A stretch of 20,000 nucleotides of DNA from Acidimicrobiia bacterium (GTDB lineage Bacteria; Actinomycetota; Acidimicrobiia; Spongiisociales; JAHEDJ01): contig JARGFH010000013.1 of assembly GCA_029210695.1 (NCBI GenBank), positions 44,213 to 64,212 of the forward strand, written 5' to 3'. Each line of letters opens with the position of its first letter. Positions within the stretch are counted from its first letter, which is position 1. Below the pieces are notes generated by a model that was given only the letters and a program-made list of their open reading frames with translations, had not been told where the DNA came from and did not search any database. Shown here piece after piece: positions 8,729-17,345 of the stretch. The position numbers were made by a program, and so were the translations under genes.

Positions 8729-9892
8729 CTATCCCTGCACCCGGATGCGCGGATCCAGAAACGCGTAGGCGATGTCGGCAACCAGGTGGGCGAGGAGAGA
8801 CAGCACTCCGATGAGCGCCAGTGCTCCCATCGCCACAGGAATGTCCTCGGCCGTGATCGCGCCCAGCAAGGCGCGCCCGAGACCCGGCCACGAGAAGATC
8901 TGCTCGGTGATGACGCCGCCTGCGATTACGACTGCAAGCTGAAGCACCAACGACGTCGTCACAGGAAGCATTGCGTTGCGGGCTGCGTGTCGATCCCGGA
9001 TCGTCCGTTCCGGAACGCCTTTGGCCCGGGCGGTGAGGATGTAGTCCTCTCGCAGTGTCTCCAGCATCGAACTGCGCGTGAGCAGCGTTGTGCCGGCGAA
9101 GTTGACGAGGGTGAGCGTCAGAACCGGCACAACGGTGTGCCAGACGATGTCCATCGCATAGGTCCGACGACTGTTGAATGCCCAGAATACGGCTGCCATG
9201 GCGATCAGCGACCACAGAGCAATCCGATGGAGGCTCCGTCGCGACCGCGGGTCGTCGGTACTCCGATCAATCACCAGTCTCAGGATCCCGTAAACGAGAG
9301 TGACGGCTGCGATCGAGCTGAGCATCAACAAGAACACACTGTCGGCGCTGAATGGGCTGCCTATCCACGTCTCCACCGTTATGAACTTCCCAATGGGGAA
9401 CCACCCCAGCTGAGATGCGAAAAACCACAACATCAAGATGGCAAACCACGGGTAGAAGACCGTCCAGAAGAATATCGACGTGACCATCACGGACTTCTCG
9501 ACCACGGTTCCGCGCCGCCATGCGACTTGCTTGCCGGTGTAGAAACCGAGCCAGAACGACAGCACGGTTGCGGTCAGAAACAAGAAGACCGTTCGAGGGA
9601 GCGCAGTGAAGAGGATGTCGGCGACTTCCCGCGGATAACTCGACCAGCTGACGCCCATGTCCATGCCGAACGAGTAGTTCCAGAGGTGGTGGCCGAGTTG
9701 CACGATCTTGGGCTGATCGAGCCCCAGTTGCCGGATCATGATCTCTTTGGCTTCCGGCGGGATATTGGGGTTGCCAATGAATTGGTTGCTGATATCGCCC
9801 GGCTGAAGATCCAGCAGGAGAAAGAGCAGAGCCAGAAACACGTAGAACAGGATGAATATCTGGCCGAAACGCTTGGCTATGTATTTCACCAT
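8729..9892 (-). CDS. oppB: Peptide ABC transporter permease (OppB/DppB-like)
   Basis: LGLDQP; RSSMLETLREDYILTARAKG; HAARNAMLP; TEQIFSWPGLG; DPRIR. Confidence 0.93.
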   Translation of the reverse strand: MVKYIAKRFGQIFILFYVFLALLFLLLDLQPGDISNQFIGNPNIPPEAKEIMIRQLGLDQPKIVQLGHHLWNYSFGMDMGVSWSSYPREVADILFTALPRTVFLFLTATVLSFWLGFYTGKQVAWRRGTVVEKSVMVTSIFFWTVFYPWFAILMLWFFASQLGWFPIGKFITVETWIGSPFSADSVFLLMLSSIAAVTLVYGILRLVIDRSTDDPRSRRSLHRIALWSLIAMAAVFWAFNSRRTYAMDIVWHTVVPVLTLTLVNFAGTTLLTRSSMLETLREDYILTARAKGVPERTIRDRHAARNAMLPVTTSLVLQLAVVIAGGVITEQIFSWPGLGRALLGAITAEDIPVAMGALALIGVLSLLAHLVADIAYAFLDPRIRVQG

Positions 9893-9966
9893 CGCGGTCG
9901 AGTCGCTCCCTTCCGGCCGGCCCGCGAACTATGAAATGCCAAGGGCGAGATCCGGAGATTACTGGT

Positions 9967-9998
9967 GTTGGGAGGGGGCCCGGTGGCCCCCTCCCAAC
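9967..9998. terminator. Perfect 14-bp hairpin between oppA and oppB (partial terminator or mRNA stabiliser)
   Basis: GTTGGGAGGGGGCC-cggt-GGCCCCCTCCCAAC, about 20 nt after the oppA stop. There is no clear poly-U tail. Confidence 0.7.
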
Positions 9999-10017
9999 TG
10001 CGTTCTACGAAGTGGTA

Positions 10018-12015
10018 CTACTTCTGAACGATGCTGGTGAACCCATTCCCAAACTGCAGACCGGAAAGGGTCTGGATGAACGGGTATTTCAGGTCGCTGC
10101 TGAAGAACTCCGTGATCGGCGTATCGAAGAGCACGATATACGGGAGTTCGTCGGCAAGGATTGCCTCAGCCTCCCACATCTTCGTGTACGCATCTTCGAT
10201 AGTTTCTGCCGCCAGGATGGCGTCGGAAGCAGCATCGAACTCGGCATTGACGAAGCCGGTCGAGTTGTTTCCGTCGTTGTCCTCGGCGAGATAACGGCTG
10301 TGCCAGAACGACTCGTGGAACGTCGGCAAGGCCGGGTTCCCGAGGCTCCAGCCCAGGATGTACATGTCGAACGTGATCTCCTCACCAACGCCCGGCCAGA
10401 TCTTCGCCACGATTGTGTTGAAGTCGGTGGGGTTGGCCCTGGCAGGCACACCGAGTTGCTCGAGCCAGCCCTCGATCCACAGCGAAGCCGTGGCGCGGAG
10501 CGGATCGTAGCTTGCCGGGGGTGCGAGGATTTCCTGCTCAGGAACCTTCACGCCGGCCGGATCGATGAGGCCCGTACCCGGGATGATCTCCCCTTGGTCG
10601 GCATCGAACGTGGGCTCAACCTCCCACGAGAATCCGTCGGCCTTCAGGAGTTCCATCGCAGCGTTGAGACGCTCCTCGGAGGAAAGGCCCACATACTTGG
10701 CCGTCACCTCGTCGGCGACCTCCGTGTTGAACCACAGGGTGTTGCCCTCAGGAACCATCACGTACATCGGGAACGCCACACCCTGCAGAACGTTCTGCGT
10801 GAGGAATTCCTTGTCGATCATGTAGGCGACGGCTTGACGGTAGCTCTTGTAAGAACCAGGAGACTTCCGCAAGTTGAAGGCGAGGTACCGCATACCGTTG
10901 GTCGGGTTGACCGCGACCGACAGGTTTCCGGCCTCGAGACCCTGACCACGCAGACCCGGCGAAACGCCGAGCGGGTTGATCCAGTAGTCGATTTCACCGT
11001 TGATCAGCGCCAGCATGGCGGCAGACTGGTCGGTGTACACCGAGTACGTGACCTGTGTCGCATACGGTCCGTCCGAGTAGGACGTCACAATGTTGCCGGT
11101 ACCTTCTCCGTAGAACTTCTCGCCGTCGATCTCGATCGTTCCGTCGTCATAGACGGTGATCTGCTGACCCTTGAACGAGTAGTCCGGGTTCGCTGCGTTG
11201 ACGACGAAGGCGCCCTCTTCCCAGCTGTCGAACATGACACCACCGATGGATGGGTCACCGGAGCCGTCTGCCCCGTAGATCACCGCGGCGGGATCCTCGG
11301 TGCCGAGTGCTTCGGTAACAACATCGCTCCAGAAGGCCATCGACATCACAGTGTTGACGCCGACGTTGTGCGGCCAGGTACCGAGACCGGGCTTCGTGTC
11401 GAACGTCAGCTTGATCGTGTAGTCGTCGAGTGCCTCGAGCGCGGTCAGACGCGGCGAGGATTCCTCGCTATATGGGTAGGCCGACAGCCACGTGCCACCC
11501 AATGCGGCGTCACGCGCGGTTTCGTACGTGAAGACGACATCGGCTGCTGTGAACTCGTTGCCATCGGACCACATGACACCTTGCTGGAGGGGTTGCGTGA
11601 CCGTCCAGAGATCGCCTTCGGCGACCGGCTCGACCGGCAGTCCTTCTGCAAGGGCTGGTACGACCGCCAGCGACGGCAAGTCGATCGCGAACAAACCGTT
11701 CTTTGCAGGACCGAGGACGTAGGCGTTGTAGACCGTAGAGTCTCCGCCGCCGTAGTACGTCCAGTAGTTGGTCGTCGTTAGGTCAGACGTCATACCGAGG
11801 CGATATGTGAACGCTTCGCCCGTCGGCGGGGTCGTTGTTTCGGTCGGGGTTGTCGCGGCTGTTGTATCCGTAGACCCCGTGCCATCAACCGTCGTATCGG
11901 TTGTTCCGGCACTGGTGGTCTCGGTGGTGTCGCTTCCGCAGGCGGCCGCGATCATCGCAAAAATTGCGAGGATTGCGATCAAACGCCAGAGGCGACTATT
12001 CGATGAGTTACTCAC
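10018..12015 (-). CDS. oppA: Family-5 solute-binding lipoprotein of peptide ABC transporter (OppA/DppA-like)
   Basis: Lipobox IAAA-C; Thr-rich linker; WSDGNEFTAADVVFT, YLAFNL and RQAVAYMID motifs; first gene of the BCDF operon; GGAG RBS. Confidence 0.9.
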   Translation of the reverse strand: MSNSSNSRLWRLIAILAIFAMIAAACGSDTTETTSAGTTDTTVDGTGSTDTTAATTPTETTTPPTGEAFTYRLGMTSDLTTTNYWTYYGGGDSTVYNAYVLGPAKNGLFAIDLPSLAVVPALAEGLPVEPVAEGDLWTVTQPLQQGVMWSDGNEFTAADVVFTYETARDAALGGTWLSAYPYSEESSPRLTALEALDDYTIKLTFDTKPGLGTWPHNVGVNTVMSMAFWSDVVTEALGTEDPAAVIYGADGSGDPSIGGVMFDSWEEGAFVVNAANPDYSFKGQQITVYDDGTIEIDGEKFYGEGTGNIVTSYSDGPYATQVTYSVYTDQSAAMLALINGEIDYWINPLGVSPGLRGQGLEAGNLSVAVNPTNGMRYLAFNLRKSPGSYKSYRQAVAYMIDKEFLTQNVLQGVAFPMYVMVPEGNTLWFNTEVADEVTAKYVGLSSEERLNAAMELLKADGFSWEVEPTFDADQGEIIPGTGLIDPAGVKVPEQEILAPPASYDPLRATASLWIEGWLEQLGVPARANPTDFNTIVAKIWPGVGEEITFDMYILGWSLGNPALPTFHESFWHSRYLAEDNDGNNSTGFVNAEFDAASDAILAAETIEDAYTKMWEAEAILADELPYIVLFDTPITEFFSSDLKYPFIQTLSGLQFGNGFTSIVQK

Positions 12016-12085
12016 CGGTTTTCTCCTCCACTGTTGACTTGAACGAAACGCGCAACCTCGAGCGGTTCCCGCGCAACGCGGGTGA

Positions 12086-12115
12086 ACTCTATACGTTGGC
12101 CGAACGGAATCGCAA
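12086..12115 (-). promoter_or_regulatory. Putative housekeeping promoter of the opp operon
   Basis: TTGCGA (12115-12110), 18-bp spacer, TAGAGT (12091-12086), about 70 nt upstream of oppA. Confidence 0.45.
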
Positions 12116-12382
12116 CCACCGATGGCAGGGTCTGGAAGCCCGCAAACTTCGAACGCTTGGCAGAATCCCTGTTTGCGGAGGAAAACCCCCCAGACGCCGC
12201 TCTCTCGGGAGCCGCCGGCCCGTCTTGGCCGTCCACGTGCGACTCGGTTGATCGTTCCCGATGCTGATGGCCGTGCGACTCGATCGTGACTCGCCGCATT
12301 GGTGGATTGTGCGCTCCGCGGACCCCGGGGTGTCTTTCACCTCCGGTACCATCCCCTCTATGGGTATGCGCGGTTGGATCCT

Positions 12383-13321
12383 GTGAAGCGCTGGCGATCA
12401 GCTCTCATTGCGGGCGTGGTCGGCGCGCTCGTCTTGCTGGCGGGTTATCTGATCGATAGACCGCCGGGAGAGGGCGGGTCATCGTCCGCAGTCCAAGCGG
12501 CAGCAGGCGATGCAGTACTCGCTTGCACAGAGGCCCTCAGGCCGGCTTGTGATGCGCTGGCCGTTGAACTCGGCACGACCGCCGGGACCTACCGGTCTGG
12601 AACCGATCCGGGCCGGGGAACCGTCGTGATCGCTCCCGCCGCCGATCTCTTCTCCGGTCTGGAGGTCGGTGACCTCGTGGCCCGCTCCCCTATTGCCATC
12701 GCAGTGTGGCAGGACCGGGCCGGCGTTTTGGGTGCTCACTGCGGCGGAGCGATCAACCTCGCCTGCCTCTCGGCGGCTTTCGGCGAGGAGTGGGAGGATC
12801 TCGGGGGCTTGCCGAGCTGGGGTGGGTTCAAGCTGGGGCTGGCAGATCCGACCCTATCCGAGGCCGGCCTGACAGCCTGGCGGGCCGTTGCCGGCGCCGG
12901 CGTGCCGCCGGGACTCGAAGCGGCGCTCCGCCTCCAGGCGGACGGTGACGCAGGCCTCATGGCGGATGTGCTCCTCTTCGGCACGGCTCGAGCCGATGTG
13001 GTCGTTACGACCGAAGTGGCGATCAGCGGCCAGTTGGCCAACGCCCCGGGTCGCGGTGGCCGACTCGTGGTGTCGTATCCCGACCCGGCTCCCTGGGTGG
13101 AGTATGTGGTCGGAACTAGCGGCGGCCGTGGCACGGACGACTTGATTGCCGGCCTCCTCAGTGACGATCTGCAGTCCCGGCTGGGCGCGTTCGGTCTCCG
13201 GCCTGCCCGAGTGGAGACCAGCGGTTTGGCAGACGGACTCGGCACACCGGGAGTGGCGCTCCCGGCCATGGACGAGACGGATAGGACCGCCCTGCTCGAT
13301 TCGTGGAAGGCCCTACGATGA
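12383..13321 (+). CDS. Membrane-anchored solute-binding-fold protein, paralogue of the N-terminal domain of the next gene
   Basis: N-terminal TM helix. Segments ARSPIAIAV...WGGFKLGLADP...S and LGAFGLRP align by eye with LTPLVLAM...WGPFRLGKTNP...S and LEFGFRP of the downstream protein. GTG start at 12383. Confidence 0.7.
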   Translation: MKRWRSALIAGVVGALVLLAGYLIDRPPGEGGSSSAVQAAAGDAVLACTEALRPACDALAVELGTTAGTYRSGTDPGRGTVVIAPAADLFSGLEVGDLVARSPIAIAVWQDRAGVLGAHCGGAINLACLSAAFGEEWEDLGGLPSWGGFKLGLADPTLSEAGLTAWRAVAGAGVPPGLEAALRLQADGDAGLMADVLLFGTARADVVVTTEVAISGQLANAPGRGGRLVVSYPDPAPWVEYVVGTSGGRGTDDLIAGLLSDDLQSRLGAFGLRPARVETSGLADGLGTPGVALPAMDETDRTALLDSWKALR

Positions 13322-13341
13322 GACCAATAAAGGGAGTACCC

Positions 13342-15120
13342 ATGAAACGTATGAGCGTCGTCCTCGTGTGGTGTTTGCTCGCAACAGGATGTGTGGGAGG
13401 GTCTGAGACCGACACATCCGGCGATGGTGAAACTCTCTCGGTACCAGAGGGTTGCCGCGAGGTGCCGGCCGCCGTTTCGTCCGAGAAGGTGACGCTCCTG
13501 ACTGATCTGGCGGCAGCCTTCAACAACACCGAACCGAGTTTCGATGGACAGTGTGTTGCCATCACCATCCACCGTGTGGCGTCCGGCCGGGCAGCCAAGT
13601 TGCTCGCAGAGGGGTGGCCGACCGATGGCTCGGCCAGTCCCCCACTCGTGTTGTGGAGCCCGGCGTCGGCCGCCTGGGGAGCATTGGTCAACTACCGCCT
13701 GGAGTTGGCAGGTCAACAACCCATCGCCAACGACTACCAGAGAATCATGCTCACGCCCCTCGTGCTGGCGATGCCCAAACCGATGGCGGAAGCACTGGGT
13801 TGGCCTGAAGCCGACATCGGTTGGTCCGACATCCTGGAACTGGCTCAGAGCCCGGAGGGCTGGGGCGCGTTCGGTCATCCTGAGTGGGGACCATTCCGGC
13901 TGGGCAAGACCAATCCGAACTTTTCTACCTCAGGTCTGTCCGCGACGATCGCCATCTACTACGCGGCGACCGGGAAGACTTCGGCACTTACGCTCGACGA
14001 TGTTGGAAGTACATCGGTGGGGGCATTCGTACGGGGCGTCGAGTCCGCCACTGTTCACTACGGCGACACCACCCTCACGTTCCTCGAGAACATGTTGAAG
14101 GAGGACCTGGCCGGTCGTCCGCTGTCGTACGCCTCCGCGGCGGCGGTGGAGGAGGTCAGCATCATCGCCTACAACCGGGGTGATCCCGCCGACACCGGTG
14201 CCGACGATCTCACCCCGCCCAACGTTCCGCTGGTGGCCATATATCCGAAGGAAGGCACCGTCTTCTCGGACAACCCGGCCTTCGTACTCGATGCCGCCTG
14301 GGTGGATGACATCTCCCGTCAGGCTGCAGAGGCGTTCCGATCGTTCGTCATCGACGATCCGGAGATCCAGGCCCGGGTCCTTGAGTTCGGATTCCGCCCT
14401 GGTAATCCTGCGGTCGCAGTCGCCGATCCGATCTCTCCGGCCAACGGCCTCAACCCGTCACAACCCGAGACCGAGTTGCAGGTCCCGGAGCCGGAGGTAC
14501 TGGCCGCCCTGGTCGACGGGTGGGAAACCTATCGCAAGACCGCCCGGGTCATCATGGTCATCGATGTGAGCGGCTCGATGGGCGACCTCGCCGGAGAGGG
14601 CTTCTCGAAGCTGGACCTGGTCAAACAGGCGGTGGCGGCCAGCCTCGACCAGTTCAAGTCCGAAGACGAAGTTGGGTTGTGGATCTTCTCGACAAACCTC
14701 GACGGAGTCCGTGACTATCTGGAAATGGTTCCGCCTGCTCCCCTTGCGCAAACGGAGGCGCAGATTCGCGGGTCGGTCGAGGGTTTGATCGCCGACGGTG
14801 GCACCGGCCTCTACGACAGCACCCGGGCTGCGGTGCAGGCGGTACGAGAGGGATTCGATCAGACCAAGATCAACGCGGTCATCCTGCTCACGGACGGGAG
14901 GTGCGATGACAACCCACCCGGCTGTGAGCTCGAACCCCTGCTCGAGTATCTGGGGTCTTCGGAGCGCGACGTGGTGCGGGTGTTCCCCGTGGCCTACGGC
15001 GCCGATGCCAACCTGGGCGAGCTGCAGGCAATCGCCGATGCCACCTCCGCCCGGCTCTACAAGGCGACCGACCCGCTCACGATCGAGGAAGTGTTCGAAC
15101 AGGTCGTGTCGAACTTCTGA
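13342..15120 (+). CDS. Substrate-binding domain + VWA domain lipoprotein (family often labelled 'Ca-activated chloride channel homologue')
   Basis: Lipobox LATG-C; SSEK, TPLVLAMP, KTNPNFSTSGL and YPKEGT SBP-like motifs; VWA MIDAS DVSGS, GGTGLYD and LLTDG; GGGAG RBS before ATG 13342. Confidence 0.85.
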   Translation: MKRMSVVLVWCLLATGCVGGSETDTSGDGETLSVPEGCREVPAAVSSEKVTLLTDLAAAFNNTEPSFDGQCVAITIHRVASGRAAKLLAEGWPTDGSASPPLVLWSPASAAWGALVNYRLELAGQQPIANDYQRIMLTPLVLAMPKPMAEALGWPEADIGWSDILELAQSPEGWGAFGHPEWGPFRLGKTNPNFSTSGLSATIAIYYAATGKTSALTLDDVGSTSVGAFVRGVESATVHYGDTTLTFLENMLKEDLAGRPLSYASAAAVEEVSIIAYNRGDPADTGADDLTPPNVPLVAIYPKEGTVFSDNPAFVLDAAWVDDISRQAAEAFRSFVIDDPEIQARVLEFGFRPGNPAVAVADPISPANGLNPSQPETELQVPEPEVLAALVDGWETYRKTARVIMVIDVSGSMGDLAGEGFSKLDLVKQAVAASLDQFKSEDEVGLWIFSTNLDGVRDYLEMVPPAPLAQTEAQIRGSVEGLIADGGTGLYDSTRAAVQAVREGFDQTKINAVILLTDGRCDDNPPGCELEPLLEYLGSSERDVVRVFPVAYGADANLGELQAIADATSARLYKATDPLTIEEVFEQVVSNF

Positions 15121-15887
15121 TGGTGAGAAGGGCCATCCTCCGTTGGGATCCACGGGTTCGCCGCGGTCGGCGGTTGCTCAAGGCGACGACTTCACCGACG
15201 GGCCTGATCACCGGGTGCGCCGTATCCGTCGCCGGTCTGGCACTGGGGATCGGGGCACCCTGGCTGGTGGGCGCAGGGGTGGCCGCCTGGCTCACATCGG
15301 TGGTACTGCACCTACGCGACCCGAAACTGCTTGGCGCCATGCTGGCCCCGGAATTCGACCGTGACCTCTCCGCACTCGATGATCAGCACCTTCCGGCCAT
15401 GGTCGCCGCGCTCAGCGCCCGGGACCGGTTTGAAGCGGCCGTCGCCGACATGCCCGACCGCCAGGACTTCGCAGGCATGAAGGCTCGGGTGACCGAAGTG
15501 TTGCACCGGCTGTACGACTCGGTGGTGTGGACCCAGCGGGCCGACGGCTTCCTCACCTCGGTCGATGAACCGTCGCTCGCCCGACGGCTGCACGACCTTC
15601 CTCCATCCTCGCCTCTCGCTGCCGAGCTCGCCGAGCAGGCCGCCGAGATCGAGGGAGTCCGGCAACGCCGCAAGGAAACCGCGGCGCGTATCACTGCCGG
15701 AATCACGGGAATCGAAACGCTCGCTCTCAAGATGGGCAGCCTTGCCCTCGGGGCAGCCGACAGCCCGATCGAGACGATGCCGGCCGCCGAAGTACGCGCT
15801 CTCCGGGAAGAGCTGGATGCCTATGCAGACGGCCTAGAAGAGATCGAGCAGGATTTGCGGCGGGCCCTCCCTCCGACTCCGGCCTGA
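15120..15887 (+). CDS. Hypothetical membrane protein: two N-terminal TM helices and a helical/coiled-coil domain
   Basis: TGATG coupling to the VWA gene; hydrophobic hairpin at about aa 27-65; heptad-like stretches (AELAEQAAEIEGVRQRR, EVRALREELDAYADGLEEIEQDL). Confidence 0.75.
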   Translation: MVRRAILRWDPRVRRGRRLLKATTSPTGLITGCAVSVAGLALGIGAPWLVGAGVAAWLTSVVLHLRDPKLLGAMLAPEFDRDLSALDDQHLPAMVAALSARDRFEAAVADMPDRQDFAGMKARVTEVLHRLYDSVVWTQRADGFLTSVDEPSLARRLHDLPPSSPLAAELAEQAAEIEGVRQRRKETAARITAGITGIETLALKMGSLALGAADSPIETMPAAEVRALREELDAYADGLEEIEQDLRRALPPTPA

Positions 15888-15914
15888 CGCGCAGAACTGA
15901 TCCTGTGCGGCCGC

Positions 15915-16529
15915 CTAGTCCCAGAGGGTGGGATGCAGAGTCACGGACCGGGCGACCAGGGGCTCACCCGGCTCGGCCGCGCCGACGAGGCGCTCGACGA
16001 GAGCGGCCCAGTCGAAACCCTCCGTTACCTCGGATGCCCGGATGGTCATCAGGCGGTCGTCGGGGACGTATTGCGGGAGTATGGCGTTGAGGATCACTTC
16101 GATCTCATCACGGAACTTGTCGTTGGTGCTCCGAACCCCGTCGACCCTGAGTGGAACGTCCGGCTTCAATCTGACAAACAGGTCGTACGTCTCGCACCAC
16201 TTCCTCACCAGTGGTTTGACCTCGAATGGGTCCTCTCCCCTCGTCGCCCGCAGGAAGTAGGCGAAGTTGTCGATCACGGCCCGGTCGGTGACCAGAACCT
16301 CGGCTCGTGTACGCAGTTCGAGTTCTTGTTGGATCTGCGCCATGATCACCCACAGCTGCGCTTCGGGAGTTGCACCCTCATTGAGGCCGAGCGGATTGAA
16401 TCTGATGACTTCGCGACCGACCTCGACGCTGCGCCCGCTGCGGCCGACTGCGCCGGCGAAGGAGTGCACTGCATTGGTCTTGCGGACCGAATGGGATCCG
16501 ATGAAGGCGATCTTCAAAGATGGTGTCAT
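15915..16529 (-). CDS. P-loop NTPase / nucleotide-kinase-like protein (AAA_28/NadR-like)
   Basis: KIAFIGSHSVRKT Walker-A-like loop; VLVTDRAVIDNFAY; YDLFV; DGVRS lid motif. Confidence 0.75.
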   Translation of the reverse strand: MTPSLKIAFIGSHSVRKTNAVHSFAGAVGRSGRSVEVGREVIRFNPLGLNEGATPEAQLWVIMAQIQQELELRTRAEVLVTDRAVIDNFAYFLRATRGEDPFEVKPLVRKWCETYDLFVRLKPDVPLRVDGVRSTNDKFRDEIEVILNAILPQYVPDDRLMTIRASEVTEGFDWAALVERLVGAAEPGEPLVARSVTLHPTLWD

Positions 16530-16643
16530 GCTGGCGGGATCCTTGTCGATTGCCGCAACGCTACCGGTTCGAAACCCGCAACATTCGCATTGAGTCGCGA
16601 ATCCGCACGATCGTTGCGATCGGCGTTGCCCTGGATGCGCGAT

Positions 16644-17156
16644 TCAGGGCAGGCGTTCGATTATGCCTCTGAGGTAGCGAGCCTGGCCGGCGTGCTGGAG
16701 ATTGTCGCTGATGACGCTGACCAGGCGGACACCGACCGACACGGGCGGATCGTAGGAGTGGTCGATGATGCGATCGAGTTCTGATTCGTCGGCGCCTGCC
16801 AGGTATTCCATAGTGCGATCCATCACGGCTGAGTGATAGGCGACAAGCGCCTCCACCGAGATCGGAACCACCGCGGCCACATCGTCAGGGCCGTCACCGT
16901 ATCCCGTCTCCGTGACCCCCCGGTTGATGCCGGTCCGTTCGGTCCAGCCCGGATCAGCCCACACCTGATCCGTGCCGGCGATCTCGGAGAGGTGATCGTC
17001 CTGGACACGGCTCAAGTGCCACACCAGCCAGGCAATTGAGTTGGAGCCCGACTCGGGCCTATAGATCAGGCCGGTCGGATCAAGGCCCTCGCTCGCGACT
17101 CCAACCAACTCCCGGATGCGCCGGTACGCCTCGATCAGCAGTGCACTCGTGTCCAT
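16644..17156 (-). CDS. DinB-superfamily protein, mycothiol S-transferase (Rv0443)-like
   Basis: NSIAWLVWHLSRVQDDH and LDRIIDHSYDPPVSVGVRLVSVISDNLQHAGQARYLRG (His/Asp/His metal site); AGGAGG RBS before ATG 17156. Confidence 0.88.
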   Translation of the reverse strand: MDTSALLIEAYRRIRELVGVASEGLDPTGLIYRPESGSNSIAWLVWHLSRVQDDHLSEIAGTDQVWADPGWTERTGINRGVTETGYGDGPDDVAAVVPISVEALVAYHSAVMDRTMEYLAGADESELDRIIDHSYDPPVSVGVRLVSVISDNLQHAGQARYLRGIIERLP

Positions 17157-17270
17157 GTTTCTGCCTCCTGTGGAATCTCCGATCAGTCCAGTCAACCATG
17201 CGTCGGTCGCGGGCGGCGCACGCCCGGATCGTTTCGCCTCCAACCCTGCTCGGCCGAGCTCACCCGTCCT

Positions 17271-17304
17271 AGAGCGGGCAGGCCCGAGAAATCCTGCCCG
17301 CTCT
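17271..17304. repeat. Perfect 12-bp inverted repeat
   Basis: AGAGCGGGCAGG-N10-CCTGCCCGCTCT in the divergent intergenic region. Confidence 0.75.
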
Positions 17305-17345
17305 CTATCTTGAAGTCATGCTGATCAGCAGTTGCGCCCCCTGCA

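Noticed and set aside
9931..11781. 616-aa plus-strand ORF and other long antisense ORFs (566-1432, 8786-9934, 12736-13878, 15933-16784)
   Set aside because: These are shadow frames of well-supported genes in high-GC DNA and carry no recognisable motifs.
11820..11935. Thr-rich low-complexity stretch in OppA
   Set aside because: It is an ordinary lipoprotein linker, not a DNA repeat array.
12012..12352. Short ORFs in the oppA upstream region
   Set aside because: They show no coding signature or homology cue and overlap likely promoter elements.
16566..16580. GGTTCGAAACC resembling a tRNA T-loop
   Set aside because: No cloverleaf, acceptor stem or CCA surrounds it.
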